Shown: in pieces, positions 50,478 through 62,684 of the stretch
Layout of the letters: each line of letters starts with the position of its first letter
Numbering within the stretch: position 1 is the stretch's first letter
Assembly (NCBI RefSeq): GCF_003918875.1
Contig: NW_025765559.1
Span: 1,364,001 to 1,428,000 of the forward strand
Reading direction: 5' to 3'
DNA from: Haliotis rubra
Lineage: Eukaryota
DNA length: 64,000 nt
Translations under genes and position numbers: made by a program
Notes under the pieces: model-generated
The model's input: only the letters and a program-made list of their open reading frames with translations
Database searches by the model: none
What the model was told of the DNA's origin: nothing

Positions 50478-52700
50478 CAACAATATCACGGTGACAAGTA
50501 TATGCTGAGGGTTCTGTGTACACCGATATCATGGTGACAAGTATATACTTGAGGGTTATGTGTACACCGATATCATGGTGACAAGTATATACTTGAGGGT
50601 TATGTGTACACCGATATCATGGTGACAAGTATATACTTGAGGGTTATGTGTACACCGATATCATGGTGACAAGTATATGTTGAGGGTTATGTGTACACCG
50701 ATATCATGGTGACAAGTATATGTTGAGGGTTATGTGTACACCGATATCATGGTGACAAGTATATGTTGAGGGTTCTGTGTACACCGATATCATGGTGACA
50801 AGGATATGTTGAGGGTTCTATGTACACCGATATCATGGTGACAAGTATATGTTGAGGGTTCTGTGTACACCGATATCATGGTGACAAGGATATGTTGAGG
50901 GTTCTGTGTACACCGATATCATGGTGACAAGTATATGTTGAGGGTTCTGTGTACACCGATATCATGGTGACAAGTATATGTTGAGGGTTCTGTGTACACC
51001 GATATCATGGTGACAAGTATATGTTGAGGGTTATGTGTACACCGATATCATGGTGACAAGTATATACTTGAGGGTTATGTGTACACCGATATCATGGTGA
51101 CAAGTATATGTTGAGGGTTATGTGTACACCGATATCATGGTGACAAGTATATGTTGAGGGTTATGTGTACACCGATATCATGGTGACAAGTATATACTTG
51201 AGGGTTCTCCGTACACCGATATCATGGTGACAAGTATATACTTGAGGGTTATGTGTACACCGATATCATGGTGACAAGTATATAATTGAGGGTTCTGTGT
51301 ACACCAATATCATGGTGACAAGTATATACTTGAGGGTCTGTGTACACCATATCATGGTGTACTTGAGGGTTCTCGATACCCATATCATGGTGACAAGTAT
51401 ATACTTGAGGGTTCTGTGTACACCGATATCATGGTGACAAGTATATACTTGAGGGTTTGTGTACACCGATATCATGGTGACAAGTATATACTTGAGGGTT
51501 CTGTGTACACCGATATCATGGTGACAAGTATATACTTGAGGGTTCTGTGTACACCGATATCATGGTGACAAGTATATACTTGAGGGTTATGTGTACACCG
51601 ATATCATGGTGACAAGTATATACTTGAGGGTTATGTGTACACCGATATCATGGTGACAAGTATATACTTGAGGGTTATGTGTACACCGATATCATGGTGA
51701 CAAGTATATACTTGAGGGTTCTGTGTACACCGATATCATGGTGACAAGTATATACTTGAGGGTTTGGGTACACCGATATCATGGTGACAAGTATATACTT
51801 GAGGGTTCTGTGTACACCGATATCATGGTGACAAGTATATACTTGAGGGTTATGTGTACACCGATATCATGGTGACAAGTATATACTTGAGGGTTATGTG
51901 TACACCGATATCATGGTGACAAGTATATACTTGAGGGTTCTGTGTACACCGATATCATGGTGACAAGTATATACTTGAGGGTTATGTGTACACCGATATC
52001 ATGGTGACAAGTATATACTTGAGGGTTCTGTGTACACCCATATCATGGTGACAAGTATATACTTGAGGGTTTGGGTACACAGATATCATGGTGACAAGTA
52101 TATACTTGTGGGTTTGGGTACACAGATATCATGGTGACAAGTATATACTTGAGGGTTCTGTGTACACCGATATCATGGTGACAAGTATATACTTGAGGGT
52201 TCTGTGTACACCGATATCATGGTGACAAGTATATACTTGAGGGTTCTGTGTACACCGATATCATGGTGACAAGTATATACTTGAGGGTTTTGGTACACAG
52301 ATATCATGGTGACAAGTATATACTTGAGGGTTCTGTGTACACCGATATCATGGTGACAAGTATATACTTGAGGGTTATGTGTACACCGATATCATGGTGA
52401 CAAGTATATACTTGAGGGTTTGGGTACACAGATATCATGGTGACAAGTATATACTTGAGGGTTCTGTGTACACCGATATCACGGTGACAAGTATATACTT
52501 GAGGGTTCTGTGTACACCGATATCATGGTGACAAGTATATACTTGAGGGTTCTGTGTACACCGATATCACGGTGACAAGTATATACTTGAGGGTTCTGTG
52601 TACACCGATATCATGGTGACAAGTATATACTTGAGGGTTCTGTGTACACTGATATCACGGTGACAAGAATATATTTTAGGGTTTTGTGTACAACGATATC
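50478..52700. repeat. 43-44-bp satellite (gagggttctgtgtacaccgatatcatggtgacaagtatatactt)n, about 50 units
   Basis: Direct inspection. Confidence 0.96.
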
Positions 52701-53479
52701 TTTTTCTTTTTTTCATAATCACTCCCTTTTTGACATGGGTTATGGTGTGTCTTTGAAGTCGGGTTGATCGTTGATTACAATATTAGTAATATGATTTGTC
52801 CGATCCAGACTGGAATGTCGCAAGCAGGTGAGTATTAATCACTATCGAAAAGTGGCGAAACCCGGCGTTTGTAAATCATAAACACCACGTCGCCAACCAG
52901 TGGAAGTCATCATCTATGGAGTTCGCCACCCCAAAACTTAATAAGTTTTATAACTTTTGCGTAATGTTGGCGAAATGTAAACACCTTGTCACAAATGGGA
53001 TAACGTAGAGCTTTCTGATATTTTATCAGTGAAAGTACGTTAATGTGTTCCAGGCCGTGAATCAATATGCGGTGACTAAATGTACAAACAAAGCCTCGGG
53101 AAGCAAATACACCGTCATTACACGAACATCCCATCAGAGGACAACAGTAATTACATATCACCACGCAAACGTTCACCAACATTCAGGACAGGACATAATA
53201 AAACTGAAATGGCGGCGATATCGACTGGTTCCGCATGGAATGCAGTATACTAAGCAGACACATATCACATGTAACTCGATCCAGCTTTTAACGAACATTT
53301 ATGAATAACGTTCGCAGTGGCCCCATCGCTCGCTTGTGTGGGTAGTTCCTGACCTCATTGCGGAGAGATACAGGTCACGTCGACTGCTCAAGCATTACAT
53401 GGGCGTGTGAAGAGTCTCGGTATAGAGACTGGCTTACATCAGATTACGTGAGGCAACCATTGCGGTTATTTGATGGAGG

Positions 53480-54637
53480 ATGTGGTGGGTTTGTCTGACA
53501 CTGACACTGAGTGTATGTAACGGGGCATCCATTCACGATGCGAGACGTTTACAAAGTTACCTGTTCTCAAACTACACATCTGAGCACAGGCCACTGAACA
53601 ACCAGAGCGAAACAGTCAAGGTGTCAGCCAGTGTTAACCTGTTAGACATAATTGACTTTGACGATGTGAAACAACAGTTCATATGTAATGCTCTGTTCAT
53701 TATAGACTGGAAGGATGAGTTCTTGGTCTGGGATCCTGAGGACTTTGGTGGGATCAAATATTTCACGTTCAACAATGGCTACAAGGCATGGTTTCCGAGC
53801 CTAACGGTGACCAACACACTGGAAAAGCGAGACGTTTTCAAGGAAGATACTCAGCGCATGACAGTTTTCAGCAACGGGACCGTGCTGTGGTTTCCGTCCG
53901 CCATCTTGAAGACGTCTTGTCCACTCAATGTCCGCACTTTCCCCTTTGACGTCCAGGAATGTTCCATATACCTTATGGCCGTGCATTACACGGCCAAAGA
54001 AGTGGAATTTGTGACTGGAAGTGATAAAGTCCACGTTGATCGATTTCAAAGAAGCGACCAGTGGGATTTACTGGACACCAGTTTATCATCAATCAGGACT
54101 GGTGATGTGGACAAGTGGCGTATTACCCTCAGATTTCAGCGTCGACCGTTGTTCTACGTCCTCAACGTCCTTATCCCCATCGTCATCCTGTCCATTCTCA
54201 ACATGGCCGTCTTTGCTGTCCCTGTTGAATCTGGTGAAAAGCTCTCCTTTGCCGTCACAGTGCTTTTGTCACTGATCGTCTTCATGACGTTTGTAAGTGA
54301 ACTCATCCCGAAGACGTCGACAGGGATATCCATGTTGACGGGGTATCTAACGACGGTGACAGCTTCTAGTGCCGTCAACGTCATGTTGATCATTGTTGTT
54401 CTCATCCTTCACAACAAACCGAATAAAGAAGAGATTCCAAGGTGTTTACAGAAACTTGTTTCCTTAGCTCGTAAGGTATCTTGCAGGAAGATTTATCCCT
54501 TGGACCCCACGACCATTGACAGGTCGGTGGGCTGGAAGGATGTTGCGGATGCACTGGAATATTTCTGTCTGAGAGTGCTTCTGGTTATTTTGATCATATA
54601 CACAACCATGTTCTTCGTCGGACTAACGGTGTTCTGA
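53480..54637 (+). CDS. Intronless Cys-loop ligand-gated ion channel, nAChR-like non-alpha subunit (385 aa)
   Basis: Signal peptide, RP.NN, WKDEFLVWDP, Cys loop CPLNVRTFPFDVQEC, four TM helices, GEKL at the start of M2; no vicinal Cys. Confidence 0.93.
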   Translation: MWWVCLTLTLSVCNGASIHDARRLQSYLFSNYTSEHRPLNNQSETVKVSASVNLLDIIDFDDVKQQFICNALFIIDWKDEFLVWDPEDFGGIKYFTFNNGYKAWFPSLTVTNTLEKRDVFKEDTQRMTVFSNGTVLWFPSAILKTSCPLNVRTFPFDVQECSIYLMAVHYTAKEVEFVTGSDKVHVDRFQRSDQWDLLDTSLSSIRTGDVDKWRITLRFQRRPLFYVLNVLIPIVILSILNMAVFAVPVESGEKLSFAVTVLLSLIVFMTFVSELIPKTSTGISMLTGYLTTVTASSAVNVMLIIVVLILHNKPNKEEIPRCLQKLVSLARKVSCRKIYPLDPTTIDRSVGWKDVADALEYFCLRVLLVILIIYTTMFFVGLTVF

Positions 54638-54794
54638 GATTGGCAGATATTTTAACTAAACTCTAAACATTCTACCTTTGACATTCAGGTAAGAAATGGT
54701 AATGGTCTTGGACATTATAACTATTTTTCCTTTTTCAATAATTACAGAATCTTTCATTTTACTCTTTTGTAACAAGCTGTTTCAATATTTCACG

Positions 54795-55031
54795 CAGTTG
54801 TTGGCAATATATAGCCTGTTTTTATATTGTATTGTCATCTATAGTTAAACTGTTTTAGATCTAATTACTTGTTTTAAATTCGAATCTGTGATAATCTACT
54901 TATTTTACTGTCCTTCGTTGACAGTATTTTTTACAATTTACCATTAATTACTATGCATAAAATTAATTGTTCTCGTCACGATATGGCTAAAATATTGCCG
55001 ATGTGACGTTAAATTTTAACTCAGGCACTCA
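54795..55031 (+). mobile_element. Family D LINE 3' fragment in the 3' region of channel copy 1
   Basis: 14-bp TSD ttcaatatttcacg; empty site in the paralog at about 60110. Confidence 0.8.
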
Positions 55032-55334
55032 TTCAATATTTCACGTAACATGATGATCTGTATACAGTGTTTATGATGCGGCTGGTCGAAATAAAATTGT
55101 ACAAAAAAGTCTGCTTGATTTCTTCCGCAAACAATTTAATCATTGATGATACATCGTTAGGCAACTTTCGGACACTGTAATAGTCTTAGCATTTGTATCA
55201 AAACAAGGACTTTCATGCATGGAAAAGTTGGAACCAGTAATGTATTACTCTGACGTGTTCAGAAATGAATAACGGGTACCGACCATGATCATAAAAAAGT
55301 AACGGGAGTACATGGCATTTGTTGGACCCAAAGA

Positions 55335-56359
55335 CAGTTTAAGTAAACTTAGGCTCAGTATTATTCGTTACACTGCTGTACTGAGTCTAACAAAACCTTA
55401 TGGAAGGTCGCGTCAGGAAACCTTTGAGCGACCTATGACCATCCAATCAAACGAGAGACGACGGAACGGATTTAACCAATCAGACAACGGCTACTATTTA
55501 GGGTTCGGCGGGACTTTCAAAATGGATTTACTCTTCCCCACACTCCGGCACAGCGATGACTTAACATAACATCACTGCCAAAGGCTAATTTGCATATCAC
55601 GTGACCGGACTTTTCTCTTGTTTGTAATCAAACGCGCATATTATTAATAAGAAGAGAATGGACTCACGAAAGCTTTACGGCGCTCTCTTCATTATGTTTT
55701 ACATTGTTACATATATATTTTTCTACAACTACGACAGTAAGGTTTATGACAGTACATATTTAGATATCAAACTGGCTGCATCGTTTGCTCTCCATCAGCT
55801 TCGATGACAGCACGTGAAGCCGTACAACCTATGTAAACAAAGAATCGCTACGCAAATCGAAATAGTGTTACATGTGTTTGGATATTTTCTCAGCTTGCCG
55901 CATGGAACTCTGGGTAGAAGAGTGACTCTTCCGCGGTCGCCAACACTGATCTCACAACAAATGAAAACCCGCATAAAACACAGATATATGACCTGCGGAA
56001 TATGCTCTTTTTGGGTTTCTGTTGACATGGTTATAATAAGCTAATATTTCCGCAAGCTGACATCCTTGAATACTGACAAAATGCCATTTTCAGCGACTGT
56101 TTACTCACGTTTGTGGTGTGCTCCATGTGCATCACTCGGAAGCGATCGTACGGAAAATAGCATTCGGAATCGTTCGGGTACAAAACTTTTTCGAGGTAAA
56201 AGTTCAAAAGGTATGTGCGAATGTCAACTTTCGCGATTTGGTAAGCTGTGTTCTGATTGGTCAATTGAAAAGGTTACCTCACGCACCTTCCACAAGGTTT
56301 TGTTAGACTCAGTATAGCAATGTAACAAATAATACTGACCCTAAGTTTACTTAGACATG
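55335..56359. mobile_element. Non-autonomous DNA transposon, about 70-bp TIRs, 9-bp TSD
   Basis: TIR cagtttaagtaaacttaggctcagtatt...; flanks acccaaaga / acacaaaga. Confidence 0.85.
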
Positions 56360-56416
56360 ACACAAAGAAAAAAATTACAACATTTTTAATGATTGTTCGC
56401 ATACTCTCATATATAA

Positions 56417-56497
56417 CAGTGGTGGAGCCAATGGGGGGTTCAGGGGGTTCGAACCCCCCTGAACCCCATCCATTCAAAATTCCTGGATCCGCCCATG
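56417..56497. mobile_element. Short MITE remnant (ggatccgccc-type ends)
   Basis: cagtggtggagcca...tggatccgcccatg with an internal ggggttcagggggttcgaacccccctgaacccc palindrome. Confidence 0.5.
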
Positions 56498-57241
56498 TGC
56501 AATAGTTTAGTGTACAAGGCTCTGTAAGATCTCTCAACATGGAATCAGTAGATAACAGTTTTACTCTGTCCAGATAGAGTTATACCTACATATTTACTGG
56601 GAGCACCATGTGACAGGTCACGGCATTGTGGTAGTAGTGTAGGTGTTGGTCGTTGTGCCACGGCGCACCTAGCTAGACACCAGCTAGTTGAGGATGGAAC
56701 TTTCTTCTCTTTAATCTCAGGTCCATCGCTTATATCAGTGTATAAAATAGTTTTGAAATGTGGTCTGTCCAAGGATTGGCTGTCCAAAAAATAGACCCGT
56801 CCTGAACAAACACAGCCAGTCCCAAAAACTAAAACAATGAAAAAAATCAACAGATGTTGAAAAGAAAACGAGAAAGAAAACGAAGTTCAACACGAAGTTC
56901 AAACTATATTTTATACACTGCTTTATACTCACCCACCTGACAGCTGTTAAACTGAATCCCACAATGGACGTAGTGTGTGCATTATTATTAAAATAGATAC
57001 TATCTTCCAGGCAACAATACAGACGATGAAACGTGGATGGCGGCGTCATTTTATTGAAACAAATAATGTATGACGTTCAAAGGCACCCCCCACAAACTTC
57101 ACATGTGTACCAATGAGGGAGTAAACGACGAGTGTGACCTCTTGGACGGTCTACTCATGGTCTGAAGAACTTGTCGGAAGCACTCTTACCGCAAGACATC
57201 GCCATTGGTCGACGAGTGCTTGCCCAAGTTCTCTCTTCCAA

Positions 57242-57308
57242 CGGCGGTAGTGTAGCCTAGTGGTTAAAGCGGTCGCTCGTCACGCCGAAGACTCGGATTT
57301 GATTCCCG
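57242..57308 (+). mobile_element. SINE family B head only
   Basis: gtagcctagtggttaaagcggtcgctcgtcacgccgaagac. Confidence 0.7.
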
Positions 57309-58799
57309 ACCCCGAAATCCGCCTGTTCTGTTGTGTGATTACTACAGCTGAGGGCTCGTGCAACTGCTGGAGTAAATTATCCAGCATTGAGCTTACGCTG
57401 ACGTTGCTAAGTTGTGAATTGGGACATGGCTCGATGCACGTAAATGCACGCTTTATGACCAGATTTTTCACGTCTGCCGCCAAGACCATGTTCAAACAGC
57501 CCACATATAATTGATGGGCGTATGGCACAACAAGAAACTAAAAAAGAATTACCTCCCACACACACATATTGGCAGTAATGTGTCAGTCAAGTTTCTAATT
57601 TTGTTGATCATATATCCAAGGTCATCTGACACGCATTAGTTCATAAATACATAGAATAAAAATCAAGAGAAAAGACAAAGTTGCACATTTTGTTTAGCAT
57701 GGCCGACAGTGATGGTACAATACAGCGGGGATTAGTAGTTAGTTATTGTAAACTGCCCTTGGCATCAAATATTCATTCTTGCAAATGAACGAAATCGCTT
57801 GCCATGACACAGTCACCGACTTAATGTATTATATTTTGGAGATTGCTGATGGCATGTAAATAACGAGAATACGTCTAAGGCGTATTTTCTTATGTTAAGT
57901 ATTACACCAATATCAGTTTTCATACAATTGTCCTTAACATGCTTACAGGATACATTTCAAGGTTCTGTGTACAGCGATATCACGGTGTTGTTTTGAATAA
58001 TCACTTGGCTGTTTGATATAGGTGATTGTGTGTCTTCGAATATGGACGAGTGTAAATCATAAGTTGCACCATTAGCCCTATGATTTGTCTGAAACAAACT
58101 TGAGTATCACAAGCGGGTGTTCAAAATCACTAACTAACAGTGATGGCAACCTACGTTCCCGAATCGTAAACACTCGCCAATGGGGTAACCTGTGAGCCTT
58201 CCGCTCTCGCATCAGTGAAACAGTAACATCTAGTAATGATGTTTGCCATCTAAAAGATCAATGACAATGTTTTAAAACGTTAATGTGTTCCAAACCGCGA
58301 ATCAATCTGCGATGACTGAATTGTGAACACAACCCCACCAATGGGTAGAATCTAAATACATCCAATTATGTCCTCAGATACTACAAATACACCATTAGAC
58401 CAATTGAGCTGACAAAAAATAACATACCTTCTGTACGTTTTAACTTGAATAGATCATTGGTTTGGTTTGCAAATGGTGCTTCTGGTATCAATGCATACTC
58501 ATATTTTAAGCGACATCAGGTAGTCACAGTAGTGACTTACCACTCATCAAACGTTAATGGCATAACAAAGATGAAATGGAGATGATATCGATTGGTTCTG
58601 AACAATGTAGCTTGTGGACATATGTCCCATGGGACTGGAGACTGTGAATAACTCGGAAGTCACATAGTGGGAAAAAGAAACACTTTCAGAAACGTTTGCA
58701 TTTGACCCGTGTGGGTATTTGCTGACGTCATTGGACTGTCTTGGTGTGTGTGGAGTCTCAAGCTAAGGATTGGCAAGCATCGCTGTATTTTGATGGAGG

Positions 58800-59969
58800 A
58801 TGTGGTGGGTTTGTCTGGTGCTGATGCTGACACTGAGTGTCTCTAACGGGGCATCCATTCACGATGCGAGACGTTTACAAAGTTACCTGTTTTCAAACTA
58901 CACACCTGAGCATAGGCCACTGAACAACCAGAGCGAAACAGTCAAGGTGTCCGCCATTGTTAACCTGTTAGATATAACAGACTTTGACGATGTGAAACAA
59001 CAGTTCATATGTAATGCTCTGTTCACTATAGACTGGAAGGATGAGTTCTTGGTCTGGGATCCTGAGGACTTTGGTGGGATCAAATATTTCACGTTCAACA
59101 ATGGCTATAAGGCATGGTTTCCGAGCATTACGGTCACCAACACACTGGAAAAGCGAGACATTTTCAAGGGAGATACTCAGCGCATGACAGTTTTCAGTAA
59201 CGGCACCGTGCTGTGGTTACCGTCCGCCATCCTGAAGACGTCTTGTCCACTCAATGTCCGCACTTTCCCCTTTGACGTACAGGAATGTTCCATATACCTT
59301 ATGGCCGTGCATTACAAGGTCAAAGAAGTGGAATTTGTGACTGGAAGTGATAACGTCCATGTTGATCGATTTCAAAGAAGCGACCAGTGGGAATTACTGG
59401 ACACCAGTTTATCATCAATCAGGACTGGTAATGTGGACAAGTGGCTTATTACCCTCAGATTTCAGCGTCGATCGTTGTTCTACGTCCTCAACGTCCTCAT
59501 CCCCATCGTCATCCTGTCTATTCTCAACATGGCCGTCTTTGCTGTCCCTGTTGAATCTGGTGAAAAGCTCTCCTTTGCCGTCACAGTGCTTTTGTCTCTA
59601 GTCGTCTTCATGACGTTTGCAAGTGAACTCATCCCGAAGACGTCGACAGGGATGGCTATGTTGACGGTGTATCTAACGACGGTGACAGCTTCTAGTGCCA
59701 TCAACGTCATGTTGACCATTGTTGTTCTGGTCTTTCACAACAAACCGAAACCGAATGAAGAAGAGATTCCAAGGTGTTTACAGAAGCTTGTTTCCTTAGC
59801 TCTTAAGGTATCTTGCAGGAAGATTTATCCCTTTGACATGACCTTCAAAGAGAGCTCGCTTGACTGGAAGGATGTTGCTGATGCACTGGAATATTTTTGT
59901 CTGAGAGTGTTTCTTTTTATTTTGGTTATATACACATTCTCGTTCTTTGTCGCACTAACGGTGTTCTGA
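58800..59969 (+). CDS. Intronless Cys-loop ligand-gated ion channel, nAChR-like non-alpha subunit (389 aa), tandem paralog
   Basis: Collinear and highly similar to 53480-54637, same motifs, intact ORF. Confidence 0.93.
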   Translation: MWWVCLVLMLTLSVSNGASIHDARRLQSYLFSNYTPEHRPLNNQSETVKVSAIVNLLDITDFDDVKQQFICNALFTIDWKDEFLVWDPEDFGGIKYFTFNNGYKAWFPSITVTNTLEKRDIFKGDTQRMTVFSNGTVLWLPSAILKTSCPLNVRTFPFDVQECSIYLMAVHYKVKEVEFVTGSDNVHVDRFQRSDQWELLDTSLSSIRTGNVDKWLITLRFQRRSLFYVLNVLIPIVILSILNMAVFAVPVESGEKLSFAVTVLLSLVVFMTFASELIPKTSTGMAMLTVYLTTVTASSAINVMLTIVVLVFHNKPKPNEEEIPRCLQKLVSLALKVSCRKIYPFDMTFKESSLDWKDVADALEYFCLRVFLFILVIYTFSFFVALTVF

Positions 59970-60663
59970 GATTGGCCGATATTTTAATTATACTCTAAAA
60001 TTTCTACCTTGGACTTTAAGGTAAGAAATGGTAATCGTTTTGAAAATTAAAACTATGTTTCCTTTTTCAATAATTTCAAATTCTTTCATTTAACTATTTT
60101 GTAACCTGTTTCATTTTTCACGTAACATGTTGATCTGCATCCTGTCTGTATGATGCAGTTGATGAAATAAAATACGTACATAAACGTCTGCTTGATTTCT
60201 TCCCCAAACAACCACAGTTTAGTCATGGATGATACATTGTTTGACAACATTTTGAACACATATCTCTTTTAACGGTTCCTTAAAGACATTACAAAATGCA
60301 CCTTGAGTTAAACTAATCGGATATATGATACAGTTGGTCTAAATGTAATTCAAACATAAAAGTGGACAAGATCCTTTTTTGCATGCAACCACAATTTACT
60401 CATGGATAATAAATGGCTTGGAGAATTTGGACAGATGTATCCATTTATCGTTGCTTGATGACATTACAAAACGTTTCCAGGTAAATCTATCAAGGCATCC
60501 AGACAAATCCACCTTTGTAGCAATTGTTTTACATGATACGACTAGTAAATTAGAGAAGTGTAATATGAAAAATTCAGTAACCGGTTTGATGCATGCAAAA
60601 GTGGGAACCAGTAAAGTATTACTCTGACATGTTCAGAAATAAATAAGGGGTACCCACAAAGAA

Positions 60664-60907
60664 TGAGTGAGTTTAGTTTTACGCCGCGCTCAGCAATATT
60701 CCAGCTATATGGCGGCGGTCTGTAAATAATCGAGTTTTGACCAGACAATCCAGTGATCAGCAGCATGAGCATCGACCTGCGTAATTGAGAACCGGTGATG
60801 ACATATGTCAACCAAGTCAGCGAGCCTAACCATCCGATCCCGTAGTCGCCTCTTACGACAAGCATGGGTTACTAAAGAGCAATATTCTAACCCGGGCCTT
60901 CACAGGT
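60664..60907 (-). mobile_element. SINE family A
   Basis: Full length, cacaaaga repeated on both flanks. Confidence 0.85.
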
Positions 60908-60920
60908 ACACAAAGATGAA

Positions 60921-61238
60921 GAGTGAGTGAGTGAGTTAACATTTATCGTCACATTGGCAATATTTCAGTCATATCGTGACGAGAACAATTAACTTTATAA
61001 ATAGTAATTAATGGTAAATTGTAAAAACCTGTCAACGAAGGACAGTAAAATAACTAGATTATCACAGATTCGAATTTAAAACTAGTAATTAGATCTAAAA
61101 CAGTGTAACTATAGATGACAATACAATATAAAAACAGGCTATATACTGCCAACAACTGAAAGTAGATCACCATACTAAGGACCAAGGGGACTAACAGTAC
61201 ATTTGCTTCCTGCATGGGCTCTAGCTGGATTTACATCA
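60921..61238 (-). mobile_element. Family D LINE 3' fragment
   Basis: Reverse complement of about 50055-50367. Confidence 0.78.
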
Positions 61239-61539
61239 ACACGGCTGGTTGCAAAACAGACGTTTGCGATGATGTCTCGGATTCAGTTTCATCAGTCTGA
61301 GAACCAGACGTAGATTGAGTGACTGTGGCTGTAGGTTTAATGGTTGAAGCTGACGAACTAGGTTTCTCTGACTTGACCCGGTCAAGTCAGTCTGACACGC
61401 AGTAGAGGACACTGCCACAGAGCGAGTAACTGCCGCAGCGTAGGTAATGTGTGATGGAGTAGACTGAACTGAACTGAAAACACAGAGTCAGTAGATACAA
61501 GTTTTACTCTGTACAGGTAGACTTATACTTACAGATATT

Positions 61540-62170
61540 CCCTCAAGAAAGAAACGCATAGGGGTATTTTCAAGCATTAAATCTGCTAATTTAAAAGTAA
61601 GATAACACATCAGCTGCAACCAAATTTCACAGTATAAAAGATTAAATGTCTGTTAACATATATAGCTTATGAAAAAGTTGAAGTGAAGGCGTCCGTTCCC
61701 AACTGGGCGCTCTCTTCAATATCTGTGTGTGTGTTTGCATACTATTGAGAAAAGGGTGGGTGCACATGTCATTTTCATCCGAGTTTCACCCCTGCACCCC
61801 CCTATGAAGTACTGTAATGTTCTCATTCTGAAGATACTGAATAGTGGCATGTACTGTGTGAGGCCTGGCATTATTTTGCTGAAACAACGCCCTCTGGCGA
61901 TTAGTGACCAGTACCATGATTTCGTATCTGTGCTGAATAGCAGTTAAATTGCCCTGAAGATGCAAAACGCTAGTTTTATGCATATTTTGAATCACTTTTT
62001 CTCCATGACATTTTCATGCAAGTTGACACTTTCGAACGTTAACATGTATTTATGTTTCCGAAGATGCGTGTTTGCGCTGTGTAATTATTTCATGTACACA
62101 AACCAGCATTAAAATGGCGAAAATAGATGCTATCATCCGCGCAAACGACAAAAAGTTGATTATGGCATCA
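61540..62170 (-). mobile_element. Tc1/mariner remnant
   Basis: GNLTA...FQQNNARPHTVHATIQYLQNENITVL resembles the Tc1 DDE segment FQQDNARPH. Confidence 0.7.
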
Positions 62171-62285
62171 TTGTATTGAAAAAAAAATGCAACCCCCTCG
62201 GCGAACTTCACTCTGATATGACTGTTTGAAGAGATGAAGTACACGACGAGTGTGACCCCTAGGACGGTTGCAATAGTGAGTGAGA

Positions 62286-62437
62286 GAGTGAGTGAGTGAG
62301 TTTGGTTTTTCGCCGCTTTTAGCAATATTCCAGCAACATCACGGCGGGGGACAACAGAAATGAGCTTAATACATTTGCCCATGTGGGAATCGAACACGAA
62401 TCTTCAGCGTGACGAGCGAGCACTTTAACCACAAGGC
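62286..62437 (-). mobile_element. SINE family B
   Basis: Reverse complement of the family consensus. Confidence 0.8.
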
Positions 62438-62684
62438 CACATAGTCACGCAATGCATTAGTATTCACTTGATCAGGTCAAGCCGAACAAGCTGTACTGGT
62501 CTTCCAATGAGTGGCTGAGGTGATCGCGTGACACGATGCACGTGATTGTCGTTTATCAGGCTTCATGACCACATCTTTCCCGTCGGTTGTCAAGACAGTC
62601 CTTATGTCATTGCCGTGCATATGGGACAACAACAAACTACAAATCACAAACCTCCTCATAATAATCAACAATAACTTCATTATC

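Noticed and set aside
50478-52700. CRISPR-like appearance of the palindromic 44-bp repeats
   Set aside because: No unique spacers, no cas genes, eukaryotic context
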